Shown here: positions 1 through 10,069 of the stretch, in pieces | Numbering within the stretch: the first letter of the stretch is position 1 | How the letters are laid out: each line of letters begins with the position of its first letter | NCBI GenBank assembly: GCA_017560765.1 | Contig: JAFZEI010000028.1 | Span: 66,690 to 130,689 of the forward strand | Source of the DNA: Clostridia bacterium | Lineage (GTDB): Bacteria > Bacillota > Clostridia > UBA1212 > UBA1255 | Direction: 5' to 3' | DNA: 64,000 nt | Program-made: the position numbers and the translations under genes | Notes under the pieces: model-generated | Database searches by the model: none | Seen by the model: the letters and a program-made list of their open reading frames with translations, nothing else | Told to the model about the DNA's origin: nothing

Positions 1-459
1 AGCCGATGCAATGGATACACTCTGTGCATCGCCGTGAGTTATGGAAATTTGCGGTATTTCTACTTGCGGAATATGCACATGGTCCACCAAAAGTATTCCG
101 GGCATTTTATCATCTGCCATTTTTATTGCTTCTTCCAATGCGTTTCGCATCGCCTCGTATGTAGCCTGCAAGATATTTATCTCATCAATTCTATGATTAT
201 CCACCAAGCTTATGCCGTAAGCAAAACTTTTTTCCTTAATTTCTTCAAATAATGACTCACGACGTTTTTCGCTTAGCTTTTTAGAGTCATCAGCCCCCTT
301 AACAAACGGACCTTCTGATTTAAATATAACACAAGCTGCCGCCACCGGACCGGCCAAAGGTCCTCTGCCGGCTTCATCTATACCTGCAATTAAAGAATAT
401 CCTTCGGCTGCAAGCTGCCTTTCATATTTGCATAACTCAAAAAATCTTTCATCAGTCAT
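1..459 (-). CDS. rnhB: Ribonuclease HII, partial: N-terminal ~153 aa, C-terminus runs off the window at position 1
   Basis: Minus-strand translation from ATG at 459 gives MTDERFFELCKYERQ...GIDEAGRGPLAGPVAAACVIF...DDSKKLSEKRRE, the RNase HII N-terminal catalytic motif. It lies immediately downstream of rbgA (conserved ylqF-rnhB order) and its start overlaps the rbgA stop by 8 nt. Confidence 0.8.
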   Translation of the reverse strand, partial: MTDERFFELCKYERQLAAEGYSLIAGIDEAGRGPLAGPVAAACVIFKSEGPFVKGADDSKKLSEKRRESLFEEIKEKSFAYGISLVDNHRIDEINILQATYEAMRNALEEAIKMADDKMPGILLVDHVHIPQVEIPQISITHGDAQSVSIASA

Positions 460-1345
460 TATTTACCTCAAGCATTTCTCTTCCATCAAGGGTGATTTTT
501 CCAAGCTTACCGCTACGAAAATCTTCCAAAGCTATACCGGCCGCTCTGTACATATCTACTTCCCCGCCTTTAACCAAGCAACCTCTGCGACGTCCGCAGG
601 CCTCAAGATAATCAGTTGGAAGCGTGATATCTTCTTTTTTTATGCCGTATTTTTCTGCTACGGATTCAGGATAATTTTCTGTTAAATATTCCAACAAAAA
701 TATGGCTATATCCTGTATATCAAGTACGTCGTTTTTTATTGCGCCTGTAGCGGCAAGACGATACGCGCATCTTTTATCCTCAAACTTAGGCCACAAAAGT
801 CCGGGCGTATCAAGGAGCATTATTTCCGGATGTATTCTTAACCATTGCTTATTTCTTGTTACACCGGGCTTGTCCCCCGTTACGGCAACATTTTTGCCAA
901 CAATCTTATTAATAAGAGAAGACTTGCCCACATTCGGAATGCCCACGGTCATTACTCGTATAACAGGCGGCTTTCTACCTGCCTCTTCATAACGTTTAAA
1001 TTTCTCAGCCTTAGCCTCTTTTACTGCTGCAATAACATCCTTTACACCATTGCCGTTTTTACAATCAGTGTAATAAACCTTTATACCTTTTGAAGCGTAA
1101 TAATTCTTCCAAAAGCCATTCATTTTAGGATCCGAAAGATCTTTTTTGTTGCCGATAATAACTCTGGGCTTTTGATTCAGCATTTTGTCTATCTCAGGAT
1201 TTCTGCTGGAAAACGGTATTCTGGCATCGACTATTTCAATCACAACATCAACAAGTTTAAGATTTTCGCTTAATATTCTTTTAGCTCTGGCCATGTGGCC
1301 CGGGAACCACTGAATTTGCTTTTCATTTATATTATCTGCGTTCAT
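452..1345 (-). CDS. rbgA: Ribosome biogenesis GTPase A (YlqF/RbgA)
   Basis: The 297-aa ORF has circularly permuted GTPase motifs (GNKKDL, then GIPNVGKSSLIN, then DTPG) typical of YlqF, with synteny to rnhB. Confidence 0.9.
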   Translation of the reverse strand: MNADNINEKQIQWFPGHMARAKRILSENLKLVDVVIEIVDARIPFSSRNPEIDKMLNQKPRVIIGNKKDLSDPKMNGFWKNYYASKGIKVYYTDCKNGNGVKDVIAAVKEAKAEKFKRYEEAGRKPPVIRVMTVGIPNVGKSSLINKIVGKNVAVTGDKPGVTRNKQWLRIHPEIMLLDTPGLLWPKFEDKRCAYRLAATGAIKNDVLDIQDIAIFLLEYLTENYPESVAEKYGIKKEDITLPTDYLEACGRRRGCLVKGGEVDMYRAAGIALEDFRSGKLGKITLDGREMLEVNND

Positions 1346-2424
1346 TCTTTCATCTCCTCAAATTTCTCTATAGGTCTGTAATCCTGAATATTGTTCTGTG
1401 ACCAATTCAGTGTTTCTAATGCACTCATAGTAAGAATAACATCAAAGTGAGTAATTAAATTTTGAGAAACATCCAAATTCTTAATAGTAGAATTATTTCT
1501 GAAACCCTCTATAGAAACAAGTGCATTATAATGAAGTATTACTGTTTCAAGCTTTTTAAGCTTATTAATATGAGATACTTCACTTATAAAATTCCCTGAC
1601 AAATCAATGTATGATAAGTTCTCCATAACTTCAATTCCCGATACATTTTCAATCAGATTATATCCTGCTATCAATGTTTCTATAGTAGAAATACTGTATA
1701 ATGGCGACAAATCGACAACCCCTTGTTCTGAATTATCAGAGTTAAGTCCGTAGTTGTATGATAAATCTACATAAGTAAGTGACGTGCATCCACTTAAGGC
1801 AGAAATATTTGAAATTCTATTGCCTTTTAATACAAGCTTTTTAAGTGCTGGCAGAGCTCCAATTCCCTCAAGATTTGTAATCATATTGTCTGATAAATCC
1901 AACTCTTCCAATAAAATAAGACCTTTAAGCGAACTTATGTCAAGGCCATTTGCCTTAGACGAGCCGGCTGTCAAAATATTGTAATTCTTACCTAAATTAA
2001 GTTTTTTTAAAGATGTGATGTTTGCAATAGGTGTGATATCAGAAATTCTATTGCCGTATAAATCAAGTTCCTCCAGTGATTTAAAATATTGCAAGCCATC
2101 AATATTTAAAATTCCCTCTACTCTGGCACTGAATTTAGTTATTTCGTCCACATCAGACATCATTATAGGACCTATGTTTTTACCTATTGTATCCCTTACT
2201 ATATTTTCAAGTCGTATATCTTTAAAATGTATTTCTTCCTCAGCATTTGGTGTTTGTACAGGAGGATTAACTCCTGTTGCCTGTGCAGTTTCTTTTACGG
2301 TAGGGACAACAGGTGTAGGCGCTGAAATTAAATTATCTCTTACACATCCCGAAAACAACAATACAATTGCCGCTCCAAATACAATAGCAAAAAACATCTT
2401 CTTATACTTGTAATATTTTTTCAT
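1342..2424 (-). CDS. Leucine-rich-repeat lipoprotein (internalin-like LRR surface protein)
   Basis: Lipoprotein signal (…LLFSGCVRD) is followed by many 22-residue LxxLxLxxNxIxxI repeats. Its stop overlaps the rbgA start by 4 nt. Confidence 0.6.
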   Translation of the reverse strand: MKKYYKYKKMFFAIVFGAAIVLLFSGCVRDNLISAPTPVVPTVKETAQATGVNPPVQTPNAEEEIHFKDIRLENIVRDTIGKNIGPIMMSDVDEITKFSARVEGILNIDGLQYFKSLEELDLYGNRISDITPIANITSLKKLNLGKNYNILTAGSSKANGLDISSLKGLILLEELDLSDNMITNLEGIGALPALKKLVLKGNRISNISALSGCTSLTYVDLSYNYGLNSDNSEQGVVDLSPLYSISTIETLIAGYNLIENVSGIEVMENLSYIDLSGNFISEVSHINKLKKLETVILHYNALVSIEGFRNNSTIKNLDVSQNLITHFDVILTMSALETLNWSQNNIQDYRPIEKFEEMKE

Positions 2425-3950
2425 ATTATATCCACCGCTTTTACAGCCTCATAATCTCCTATACAAATAATTTCCCCGTTATGCCATATATACATTTTAC
2501 TGTTTTCATTATAAACTGCATATTCAAGATCTCTGTCAAAATAAATATTTAAACCCACATTGTTTGCAATACGAGTAAGTCTGTCCTCGAAAACGTAATC
2601 CAAAGTCATAAGTCCATTTGAATTCTGACGGCAAAGCAAATATGTTTCATGACTTCTGCCATATAGTCTTATATCGTAATCAGCATCTGTCCTTTCAATT
2701 TTATCCTTTAGAATAAGGTACACATGTTGCTGCTCTTTATCAGTATACGCAACGAAAGGCTTATTATAATAATCATAAATATTACTTGTATCCTCCGCAA
2801 GCTTTACTGTTTTATGCTTAGTATCATATATATCGTATCTCCACAACATTCCCTCTGCATCTCTGTAATATAAATAGTTCGTTCTGTTGTCAAACAAAAA
2901 AATGTTATCTATATCACATGAAATGTGTTTTTTAGGGGTTCCTCCTTTAGATGTCATATAGACATCCATTTTATCACCGTTTAATACTGTATATAGTAAG
3001 AAGTTGTCTTCTTGTGAATAATAAATCACCTTATATATATCTGTGGCAATTTCTGTAAATTTATTACCGTTAAAGTATTGCAATACTCCGGTTTTATAAG
3101 TTCCTGATTTATTGCTGTTTGTGTCTACCTGTTCTATATTGCTCAAAAAATAATTGAATGGTACTCCGTCATTGTCTTTGAGCTCATTTGTTGTCGGGTA
3201 CATCAAAGCCGTTTCTTCTTGACAAAGTATCATCTGCCCATTTTCAAGCTTTTTTATTTGTTTTGCGTTACTCTTTGAAAGGATAAGCGTATTTTCTTCA
3301 TAGTAGCAAATATACTCATTGTCCGATGAAATATAAAATTTCTTTAATGTGTTAAGATTCTCTGTAATTACCTTACTTTCCCCAAAATAGTCACAATACT
3401 TTAAAGTCTGTCCGTCAGCAAAAACAACACCTTCATCAGAAACCACATAATAAGGCAACTCAGTGTTCCCCTCTGTACTCAGAAGCACGTTTTCCTCACC
3501 CTTAAATAAATACAAAAGCAATCTGTTTGATGTATCTGTATACACAATCCCACGCCTGTTGCCTAAAAGGCTAAACTCCTTTGCATTATCACATAGGGCC
3601 ACTCTGTCGTTCGTTTTTATTGAATACTCATATATCATTGTGTTTCTTATATAATAAACCTTCTCATAAGCAGAATCATGTAAAGAATACGATACATTAT
3701 TATCTACTGTTACAACGGAATTATCTTCTTTCATTATAAAGAGTTGATCATGACCATCAGTAAAAACAAATGGATACATAAAAGACCTTCCCAAACCGTT
3801 TTGTTCGGAATATCCTAATTCAGGAACATCACCCGGCAATAATTCAATTACCGCAATTACCATACCTACAACCACAAGTGTTATAAGCGTGATCAAAAAG
3901 CTTAATTTTTTTTCTTTTTTTATATAGGTCTTTCCAATTTTCCGTGTCAC
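2421..3950 (-). CDS. Membrane-anchored extracytoplasmic protein, Tyr/Asn/Asp-rich, unknown function (possible beta-propeller)
   Basis: The 509-aa protein has a single N-terminal TM helix (LSFLITLITLVVVGMVIAVI), no catalytic motifs, and a 4-nt overlap with the downstream LRR gene. Confidence 0.4.
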   Translation of the reverse strand: MTRKIGKTYIKKEKKLSFLITLITLVVVGMVIAVIELLPGDVPELGYSEQNGLGRSFMYPFVFTDGHDQLFIMKEDNSVVTVDNNVSYSLHDSAYEKVYYIRNTMIYEYSIKTNDRVALCDNAKEFSLLGNRRGIVYTDTSNRLLLYLFKGEENVLLSTEGNTELPYYVVSDEGVVFADGQTLKYCDYFGESKVITENLNTLKKFYISSDNEYICYYEENTLILSKSNAKQIKKLENGQMILCQEETALMYPTTNELKDNDGVPFNYFLSNIEQVDTNSNKSGTYKTGVLQYFNGNKFTEIATDIYKVIYYSQEDNFLLYTVLNGDKMDVYMTSKGGTPKKHISCDIDNIFLFDNRTNYLYYRDAEGMLWRYDIYDTKHKTVKLAEDTSNIYDYYNKPFVAYTDKEQQHVYLILKDKIERTDADYDIRLYGRSHETYLLCRQNSNGLMTLDYVFEDRLTRIANNVGLNIYFDRDLEYAVYNENSKMYIWHNGEIICIGDYEAVKAVDII

Positions 3951-3970
3951 AGTATCCCCTCCGAAACACT

Positions 3971-4921
3971 TTATTCCTCATGCCCAACAGGCGGCTTAAA
4001 CTCCATATTAATATCACTCAAATTATACGGTGTCGCCTGATACACGTAATAATTAAGCCAATTAGCATATAACAGATATGCATGACTTTTCCATTTAAAA
4101 TATGGTTTTGCCGTAGGATCATCATTAGGAAAATAATTTTGCGGAACATCAATTTCAAGTCCTTTTTCTTTATCCCTCTGATATTCTATTTTTAACGTAT
4201 CTCTATCATACTCAAGATGTCCCAACATAAAAATCTGTCGTCTGTCATGTGAAGCACAAATACATAATCCGGCTTCTTCTGAAGTGGCCAAAATGTCTAA
4301 TTCTGGATGTTTCTCAACATCTTCCATTTTTACACCCGTATAACGTGAATGAGGTACATAAAAGCAGTCGTCAAATCCTCGTAATAGCCTTGCAACTCTA
4401 TTGTGAGATTTATGCTCAAAAATGCCAAATAGCTTTTTATCCATTTGATATTTATCTATACCATAATGATAATACAATCCTGCCTGAGCACCCCAACAAA
4501 TATGAAATGTTGTTGTTACGTTTTTACGAGACCATTCCATGAGTCGGCAAAGCTCCTCCCAATAGCCTACTTCCTCAAAAGGCATTTGTTCGACAGGAGC
4601 TCCTGTGATTATGAGTCCGTCAAATTTTTGATCCTTAACATCATCCAAAGTAAGATAAAAAGCATTAAGATGACTCAATGATGTGTTTTTAGATACATGC
4701 GTAGCAGGATGAAGCAAAGTAGGCTCTACCTGCAGCGGAGTGTTACTAAGCAAGCGTAAAAGCTGTGTCTCCGTAACAATTTTTGTAGGCATCAAATTCA
4801 TTATTGCTATTTTTAAAGGTCTTATATCTTGATGAAAAGCCATGTTCTCATTCATTACAAACACATGTTCTTTTAAAAGTGTCTCTGCCGCCGGCAAATC
4901 ATTGGGTATCTTAATAGGCAT
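3971..4921 (-). CDS. metA: Homoserine O-acyltransferase MetA
   Basis: The 316-aa protein carries the [11 protein letters not shown]…IMNLMPTKI…ITGAPVE…ICWGAQA signature of MetA/HTS. Confidence 0.9.
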   Translation of the reverse strand: MPIKIPNDLPAAETLLKEHVFVMNENMAFHQDIRPLKIAIMNLMPTKIVTETQLLRLLSNTPLQVEPTLLHPATHVSKNTSLSHLNAFYLTLDDVKDQKFDGLIITGAPVEQMPFEEVGYWEELCRLMEWSRKNVTTTFHICWGAQAGLYYHYGIDKYQMDKKLFGIFEHKSHNRVARLLRGFDDCFYVPHSRYTGVKMEDVEKHPELDILATSEEAGLCICASHDRRQIFMLGHLEYDRDTLKIEYQRDKEKGLEIDVPQNYFPNDDPTAKPYFKWKSHAYLLYANWLNYYVYQATPYNLSDINMEFKPPVGHEE

Positions 4922-5042
4922 AACATTTCCCTTTCTGAATAATATGTTATCTCTTCTATTTTACACTTCTGTGGGATAATTGTCCATATCCGACATAAAT
5001 ATATTATGAACAAAAATTTGGAAATCGGAAAGGATAATAATT

Positions 5043-5981
5043 ATGATATTTTCCTGTTTAATAGGTATTTTCTCATTTATACTAATGATTTTATTTGTTA
5101 TTTTTAATTCAGATTGCATACCTGAAACACGCAATGCTCTCTATACTTTTTTAGATTCTGTTTTTCCTACAATGTTTCCCTTTTATGTATTGTCTTCCAT
5201 TCTTACTGCATGCTCCCCTTTTCAAAAAATGCTCCGCCCGTTAAAACCTATATCTCGCTTTTACAAACTGCCCAATGAATCAATTTCGGCAATCCTCTTA
5301 GGTTTACTGTGCGGTTTTCCTATAGGTGCAAAAGTCACCAGTGATTTATACAGTAAAAATTTAATTACGGAAAAAGAGGGCGCTTTACTTGCTTCCTTCA
5401 CAAATAACGCCGGGCCAATTTATACAATTACAATTATAGGAGGCATATTTCTTCAAAATAAAATGTATGGTTTTCTTATATGGATTTGTATAGCTTTATC
5501 CTCCTTAATTACAGGATTAATACTTTGCAAGCTTTGTCTAAATAAAGAAGAAAAGCCTATTGTAAATCACTATAATACCGAAACAAATGTTGACATAACA
5601 AAAGCTATTATGACAGGACTAAATACTGCACTTTACGTTGGTGCCGTTATAATATTCTTTGCTTCTGTAACATCCCTTTTAAAACAAATACCGTTTTTTT
5701 CTGATTCTGTTTATGTTTCCCTTTATTCCTTTTTGGAATTAACAGGCGGTCTAAAGGCAATGACTGCTCATATAACAAATACATTTCCGCAATTACCATC
5801 ATATCTTTATTGTGCTATTATTTCTGCCACAGCAGCATGGTCAGGAATTTGTATACACTTGCAAGTCTGTGGCATATTAAAAGCTTCAGGTATCAGTTTA
5901 AGATATTATCTTATCGGAAAAATACTTTCTTCATTTATATCATTTTTTACAACGATAATATTGTTTGCTGTAATAATATAA
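5043..5981 (+). CDS. Polytopic membrane protein, YlbJ-like sporulation integral membrane protein (nucleoside-recognition/Gate domain)
   Basis: The 312-aa protein has ~8 predicted TM segments, and motif LGLLCGFPIGAKVTSDLY…FTNNAGPIY resembles the YlbJ family. Confidence 0.45.
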   Translation: MIFSCLIGIFSFILMILFVIFNSDCIPETRNALYTFLDSVFPTMFPFYVLSSILTACSPFQKMLRPLKPISRFYKLPNESISAILLGLLCGFPIGAKVTSDLYSKNLITEKEGALLASFTNNAGPIYTITIIGGIFLQNKMYGFLIWICIALSSLITGLILCKLCLNKEEKPIVNHYNTETNVDITKAIMTGLNTALYVGAVIIFFASVTSLLKQIPFFSDSVYVSLYSFLELTGGLKAMTAHITNTFPQLPSYLYCAIISATAAWSGICIHLQVCGILKASGISLRYYLIGKILSSFISFFTTIILFAVII

Positions 5982-6013
5982 AAAGGACACAACCTTTCGA
6001 TTGTGTCCTTTTG
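5980..6013. terminator. Bidirectional rho-independent terminator between convergent genes
   Basis: Stem aggacacaa(5984-5992), loop cctttcga, stem ttgtgtcct(6001-6009), flanked by an A-run upstream and a T-run downstream. Confidence 0.6.
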
Positions 6014-6033
6014 AAAAACTTTTTAAATTCCTA

Positions 6034-7383
6034 TTATACTGTAAGGAGTTCCCAAATTTCGTTACATTTTTGTTCAAGTGCTGCAAAACCGTCTGAGTAG
6101 CTTGCAGAACCGGAAAGATCGTTTCTTAAAATGTTAATAACTCCTTCATCTATTGCCTCAGCAACCTCAATAGGCATACGGCAGTTAACCTGACCAGGTG
6201 TAGATGCTGTATCTGCTTTGTAAACAAATGCATCCCAGTTCTTTGTGCTCCAATTAGGATCATCAGGATACTTCCAAGCATCAAAGCCTTCTTCATCAAC
6301 AGATTTAAGAAGCGGTACTGAACCACCATTTCCTGCATTGAAGGATTTCTGTCCCTCAGGAGCGAAGAAGAATAATGCCAAAGCAGCAGCTGCTGTTACA
6401 TTCTGTGTTCTACTAAATACACCAACACCTGAAGCACCGCATCCAAAAGAAGGATTCTCAAACAAAGGCATATTTATAAGATCCCATTCAACACCCAAGT
6501 TATCATAGTTTTTACCTGCAGACTGAACTGAAGGATATACACAAGTCTTAAATACAGCTTCTTTACCTGCAAAGCCTTCTGCAGTATCGTTAACACCTGT
6601 AATCTTAGCGTAATCTTTCTTAGCTAAATCAAGTGCTTCTTTTACAGCTCTGAGAATCTTACCTTCTTCATCGATAAATGTAATCTTCTTATCTGTTGTG
6701 CTGCACCATGAATTTCTGTATGTATAAGCCTCAAAGAAAGCTGTATACACAGGTGAATAACCAAGGTTCAAGTCAATCGGATAATAATCATCACCATAAA
6801 GCTGCTCACAAAGAGCTTGGAACTCTGCCCATGTCCACTCCGGCTTAACTGATGCACTTGCACCTGCCTCAGTTACAGCTGTCTTGTTGTAAATCAAAGC
6901 CATGTGGTTATAGTCTCTGGGAACGAAATACAAACGTCCGTTAACAAGACCCAATGCATAAATACCACTGTATACATCGCTCAAATCGATATCGAACTTT
7001 TCAACAAAACCGTCAAGAGGAAGCAATGCTTTATCTGTAACTGCATATTTGTATGTATACAACTCTGCAAAATAGAATACATCACCGATATCAGCTGAAG
7101 CAATTCTTGTATCAGATGTAGCAGTGTAATCACGCTCAACCTTTACATCTTTATACTTCTTCTCAAAAGCAGAAATAAATCTCTCTGCTGCCTCCTTAGA
7201 AGCTGAGCTTGTAGCTGCAGGCTCGTATGTGAAAGTGATTTCACCCTCAGCAACACCACTCTTCTCGGCTTCTTCGAGTTGTTCCTGTGATACCATTTGC
7301 GGTTTGCCGCAAGCAACGATAGAAAATGTCATTACAAGAGCAAGCAGAATAACTGCTGCACTTTTGATATACTTTTTCATCAA
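6034..7383 (-). CDS. ABC transporter substrate-binding lipoprotein (family-1 extracellular solute-binding protein, CUT1-type)
   Basis: The 449-aa protein has a lipobox (LVMTFSIVACGKPQ) and the overall SBP_bac_1 pattern. It has its own promoter and terminator. Confidence 0.8.
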   Translation of the reverse strand: MMKKYIKSAAVILLALVMTFSIVACGKPQMVSQEQLEEAEKSGVAEGEITFTYEPAATSSASKEAAERFISAFEKKYKDVKVERDYTATSDTRIASADIGDVFYFAELYTYKYAVTDKALLPLDGFVEKFDIDLSDVYSGIYALGLVNGRLYFVPRDYNHMALIYNKTAVTEAGASASVKPEWTWAEFQALCEQLYGDDYYPIDLNLGYSPVYTAFFEAYTYRNSWCSTTDKKITFIDEEGKILRAVKEALDLAKKDYAKITGVNDTAEGFAGKEAVFKTCVYPSVQSAGKNYDNLGVEWDLINMPLFENPSFGCGASGVGVFSRTQNVTAAAALALFFFAPEGQKSFNAGNGGSVPLLKSVDEEGFDAWKYPDDPNWSTKNWDAFVYKADTASTPGQVNCRMPIEVAEAIDEGVINILRNDLSGSASYSDGFAALEQKCNEIWELLTV

Positions 7384-7436
7384 AATAACCTCCTAAAAAA
7401 ATATAATTTTATTTTCTATTGCATTAAAACAACTTT

Positions 7437-7464
7437 ATATTAACACAAGCAAACAATTTGTCAA
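7437..7464 (-). promoter_or_regulatory. Candidate sigma-A promoter for the 449-aa SBP gene
   Basis: On the minus strand: TTGACA(7464-7459), a 16-nt spacer, then TAATAT(7442-7437), located about 55 nt upstream of the RBS GGAGG. Confidence 0.4.
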
Positions 7465-7552
7465 TACGCGGTTTGGCAAAAAACACCTAAAAAACCACAA
7501 CTTAACAAAATATTAAAATCGCGTTAAATTTTATATGCATTTTTGATACTTA

Positions 7553-9088
7553 TTACCAATTTGCATTTGCCGCATCTTGAATCGTCTGTAACAATTCATC
7601 AATGTGTGTCATTGTACTGTCTTGAGTATAAGCATCAAATACATCAGCTATTGCATCTTTAACCTCTAAAGACGCATTCCATGACATGAAAGAAGTTAAA
7701 ACTGCAGGATAATCATTTTCTGAATAAAGTGAAAATACTGACGTATTCTTTCCTGACAATGGATATTCTCTCCAGAACTTCATACTGTTTGCTGATACTA
7801 CTGCCGGAACCTTGTAGCCAACATCTCCGGCATACGCTACTGCAGCCTCTTTTACCATTGCATACAATGCAAGGCTTTTTGAAAGCTTAATTGTATTTGC
7901 TATTTCTTTAGCTTCTTCCTCAAGTTCTTCATCGCTTTTATCAAAATCTGTTGTATAATCAGAAGACCTAACAACTTCACGATTAATAACAGCAAAACCA
8001 AGAGTTTTTACACCGATATTCTTATAAACAGTACCATCTTCTGATGCAAATCCCGGAAAATGAGCAAATTCCCAATCAAAAACAACTGCATCAGGATCAT
8101 CCTCTGTATCAACTGCCAAATAATTTTGCCATTTTACAACATCAGAGTGGTCTGCAACTATAATACCGTATTTTGACAAGTCCTCACCACGAACATCTTT
8201 TGTTTGTTTATTATCAACGTATCCTGTTCTTAAGAAATTGTCAGCAAAATACTTAAGTCCTTCAATTACATTAGGATCAGTAAGATTCAATTCTACTGTT
8301 TTGTCTGCAAAAGACACATCATTATATATACTGCCGCCAAAACTCTGTGCAAATGCACCCCAAATAGAATAGTCATTGTAATTCATAAGGATAGGTGTCT
8401 CTACACCACTTTCTCTAAGTGCACCAGCATAAGAAAGCAAGTCATCCCAAGTCCAAGAGTCTGACGGAACGGGGTTTTCTATTCCGGCTGCTTTTAATAA
8501 ATCCAAATTGAGAATTACAACTTGATTTAAATATTCAACAGGACACATATATAAACGACCATCATACATAGAAGCGTCGTATGCAGCCTGCATATATACC
8601 TTTGAAGGATAGAGCTTGCCAAAATTACTGTCAGTAAAATCGGTCACACCATTTGCTTCATTGCTGATATCAACAATCCAGCCTTTTTCAACATATTCAG
8701 GAAGCTTATCTGAACTGATGAGAACTACATCGCCTATATCTCCGCTCTCAATTCTTGAGTCAAGAGTGTTAAAATAATCCTCATAACCAAGTGTAGCGTC
8801 CAACTGAACATCCACACTGGGATATTGAAGTGCAAAAGACTGTGTGAACATAAACAAATCATTATCATTGTCGTTGTTCTCATCTTCGCCATACGGATCC
8901 TCTGCAGTATATTTTGCATTATATGAGGATATTATAATACTGCCTGCAAGATCCTCCGGAACAGGATTTGCCTTACCTGAGCTGCTGTCATCTTTGTCTT
9001 TGTCCTTACTACCGGAGCAACCGATAAAAGATACTGCCACAACAACAGCTAACATACATATTAAAGCAATACGCAATTTGTTAAACAT
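7553..9088 (-). CDS. ABC transporter substrate-binding lipoprotein (long family-1 SBP with acidic linker)
   Basis: The 511-aa protein has lipobox FIGCSGSKDKDKDD. It is the last gene of the long permease operon, with a 12-nt gap to the upstream permease. Confidence 0.75.
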   Translation of the reverse strand: MFNKLRIALICMLAVVVAVSFIGCSGSKDKDKDDSSSGKANPVPEDLAGSIIISSYNAKYTAEDPYGEDENNDNDNDLFMFTQSFALQYPSVDVQLDATLGYEDYFNTLDSRIESGDIGDVVLISSDKLPEYVEKGWIVDISNEANGVTDFTDSNFGKLYPSKVYMQAAYDASMYDGRLYMCPVEYLNQVVILNLDLLKAAGIENPVPSDSWTWDDLLSYAGALRESGVETPILMNYNDYSIWGAFAQSFGGSIYNDVSFADKTVELNLTDPNVIEGLKYFADNFLRTGYVDNKQTKDVRGEDLSKYGIIVADHSDVVKWQNYLAVDTEDDPDAVVFDWEFAHFPGFASEDGTVYKNIGVKTLGFAVINREVVRSSDYTTDFDKSDEELEEEAKEIANTIKLSKSLALYAMVKEAAVAYAGDVGYKVPAVVSANSMKFWREYPLSGKNTSVFSLYSENDYPAVLTSFMSWNASLEVKDAIADVFDAYTQDSTMTHIDELLQTIQDAANANW

Positions 9089-9100
9089 AAAAAACCTCCG

Positions 9101-10069
9101 TTACTCAATAACACCCAGTCGTTCAATACCTGATGCCAGTTTGTTCTGTCCGGCAATATAAACAATAAGTACAGGTATCATAACAAGCAAACATCCTGCA
9201 AAAAGCATTGGTTCGGTCATAGCCTTGTCAAAATCACTTGCTTCACCGGTGTAACCCATAATTTCCGCATAATATGTCTGAATTTTTTCAAGCTTAGGCT
9301 GAAGTGTCATCATATTTTGCTTAAACATATAGGTAGGAGCCTCATAGTTATCATTCCAGTGCCATACAAATGAGAAAATAAATACAATTGAAATGGCAGA
9401 TTTAACCAAGGGCAACATAATTTGAATAAATACTCTAAAAGGTCCTGCTCCGTCTATACGAGCCGCATCATCCATGGCATCCGGAATTCTCTGGAAGAAG
9501 TACATGTAAATCAATGCAAATAAAGCACCTCTTAAGCCAAGTCCAAATATACACGGTACAAGTATTGGTGCATACGTATTTGTTAAACCAAAAGTAGCCC
9601 ACATACCATAGGAAGACAAAATTGTTGTTTGAGGTGGTATCAACAATACCAAAATCAAGAATATAAACAAAAGATTTCTTCCTCTGAATTTAAATCTTCC
9701 TAATGCATATCCGATTATCGCACAGGAAACAGATTGCAATAACGCACTTCCCAAAGACAATATCAAAGAATTCAAGAATGAACGCGGATAAGAAAGACCT
9801 ATCCAAGCATCTACAAAGTTTTGATACTCAAATGACGTTGGAATCCATTCAACTGTTGGATCCATATAATCCTGATAAGACATCATAGATGTTGTCAAAA
9901 TATATATGAAAGGCAACAAAAACAAATATGCAAGTTCTATTAATACATAATACAGGAAAATACGTCCGATGATAAAGGTAATCTTTTTCTTTGCCTTATA
10001 TCCCAAATTTCTATATCTGTCAACAAGTCCACGTATAAAATCAGAAACTCTACCGAAAACCTTTGTCAC
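9101..10069 (-). CDS. Carbohydrate ABC transporter permease (MalG-like), GTG start overlapping the upstream stop (GTGA)
   Basis: The 6 TM segments include an EAA-type loop (IDGAGPFRVFIQIMLPL). The ATG-start ORF to 10138 overlaps the upstream gene by 73 nt. A GTG at 10069 with AGGAGG 8 nt upstream resolves the overlap. Confidence 0.8.
   Translation of the reverse strand: MTKVFGRVSDFIRGLVDRYRNLGYKAKKKITFIIGRIFLYYVLIELAYLFLLPFIYILTTSMMSYQDYMDPTVEWIPTSFEYQNFVDAWIGLSYPRSFLNSLILSLGSALLQSVSCAIIGYALGRFKFRGRNLLFIFLILVLLIPPQTTILSSYGMWATFGLTNTYAPILVPCIFGLGLRGALFALIYMYFFQRIPDAMDDAARIDGAGPFRVFIQIMLPLVKSAISIVFIFSFVWHWNDNYEAPTYMFKQNMMTLQPKLEKIQTYYAEIMGYTGEASDFDKAMTEPMLFAGCLLVMIPVLIVYIAGQNKLASGIERLGVIE

Noticed and set aside
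702-1093. Plus-strand ORFs (96 and 82 aa) inside rbgA. Similar antisense ORFs occur at 2015..2413, 6245..6508, 47670..49066, 52099..52973, 53102..53452 and 58651..59511.
   Set aside because: They lie wholly antisense to well-supported conserved genes. They have odd composition (Ser/Leu/Ile-rich), no RBS, and no conserved motifs. They are six-frame artefacts.
4922-5042. Possible S-box (SAM-I) riboswitch or T-box upstream of metA
   Set aside because: The region is only ~120 nt, with no SAM-I conserved core (no CTCTTATCAAGAGAGG-type P1/P2 elements) and no T-box AGGGTGGNACCGCG motif. Only an RBS and an AT-rich promoter region are present.
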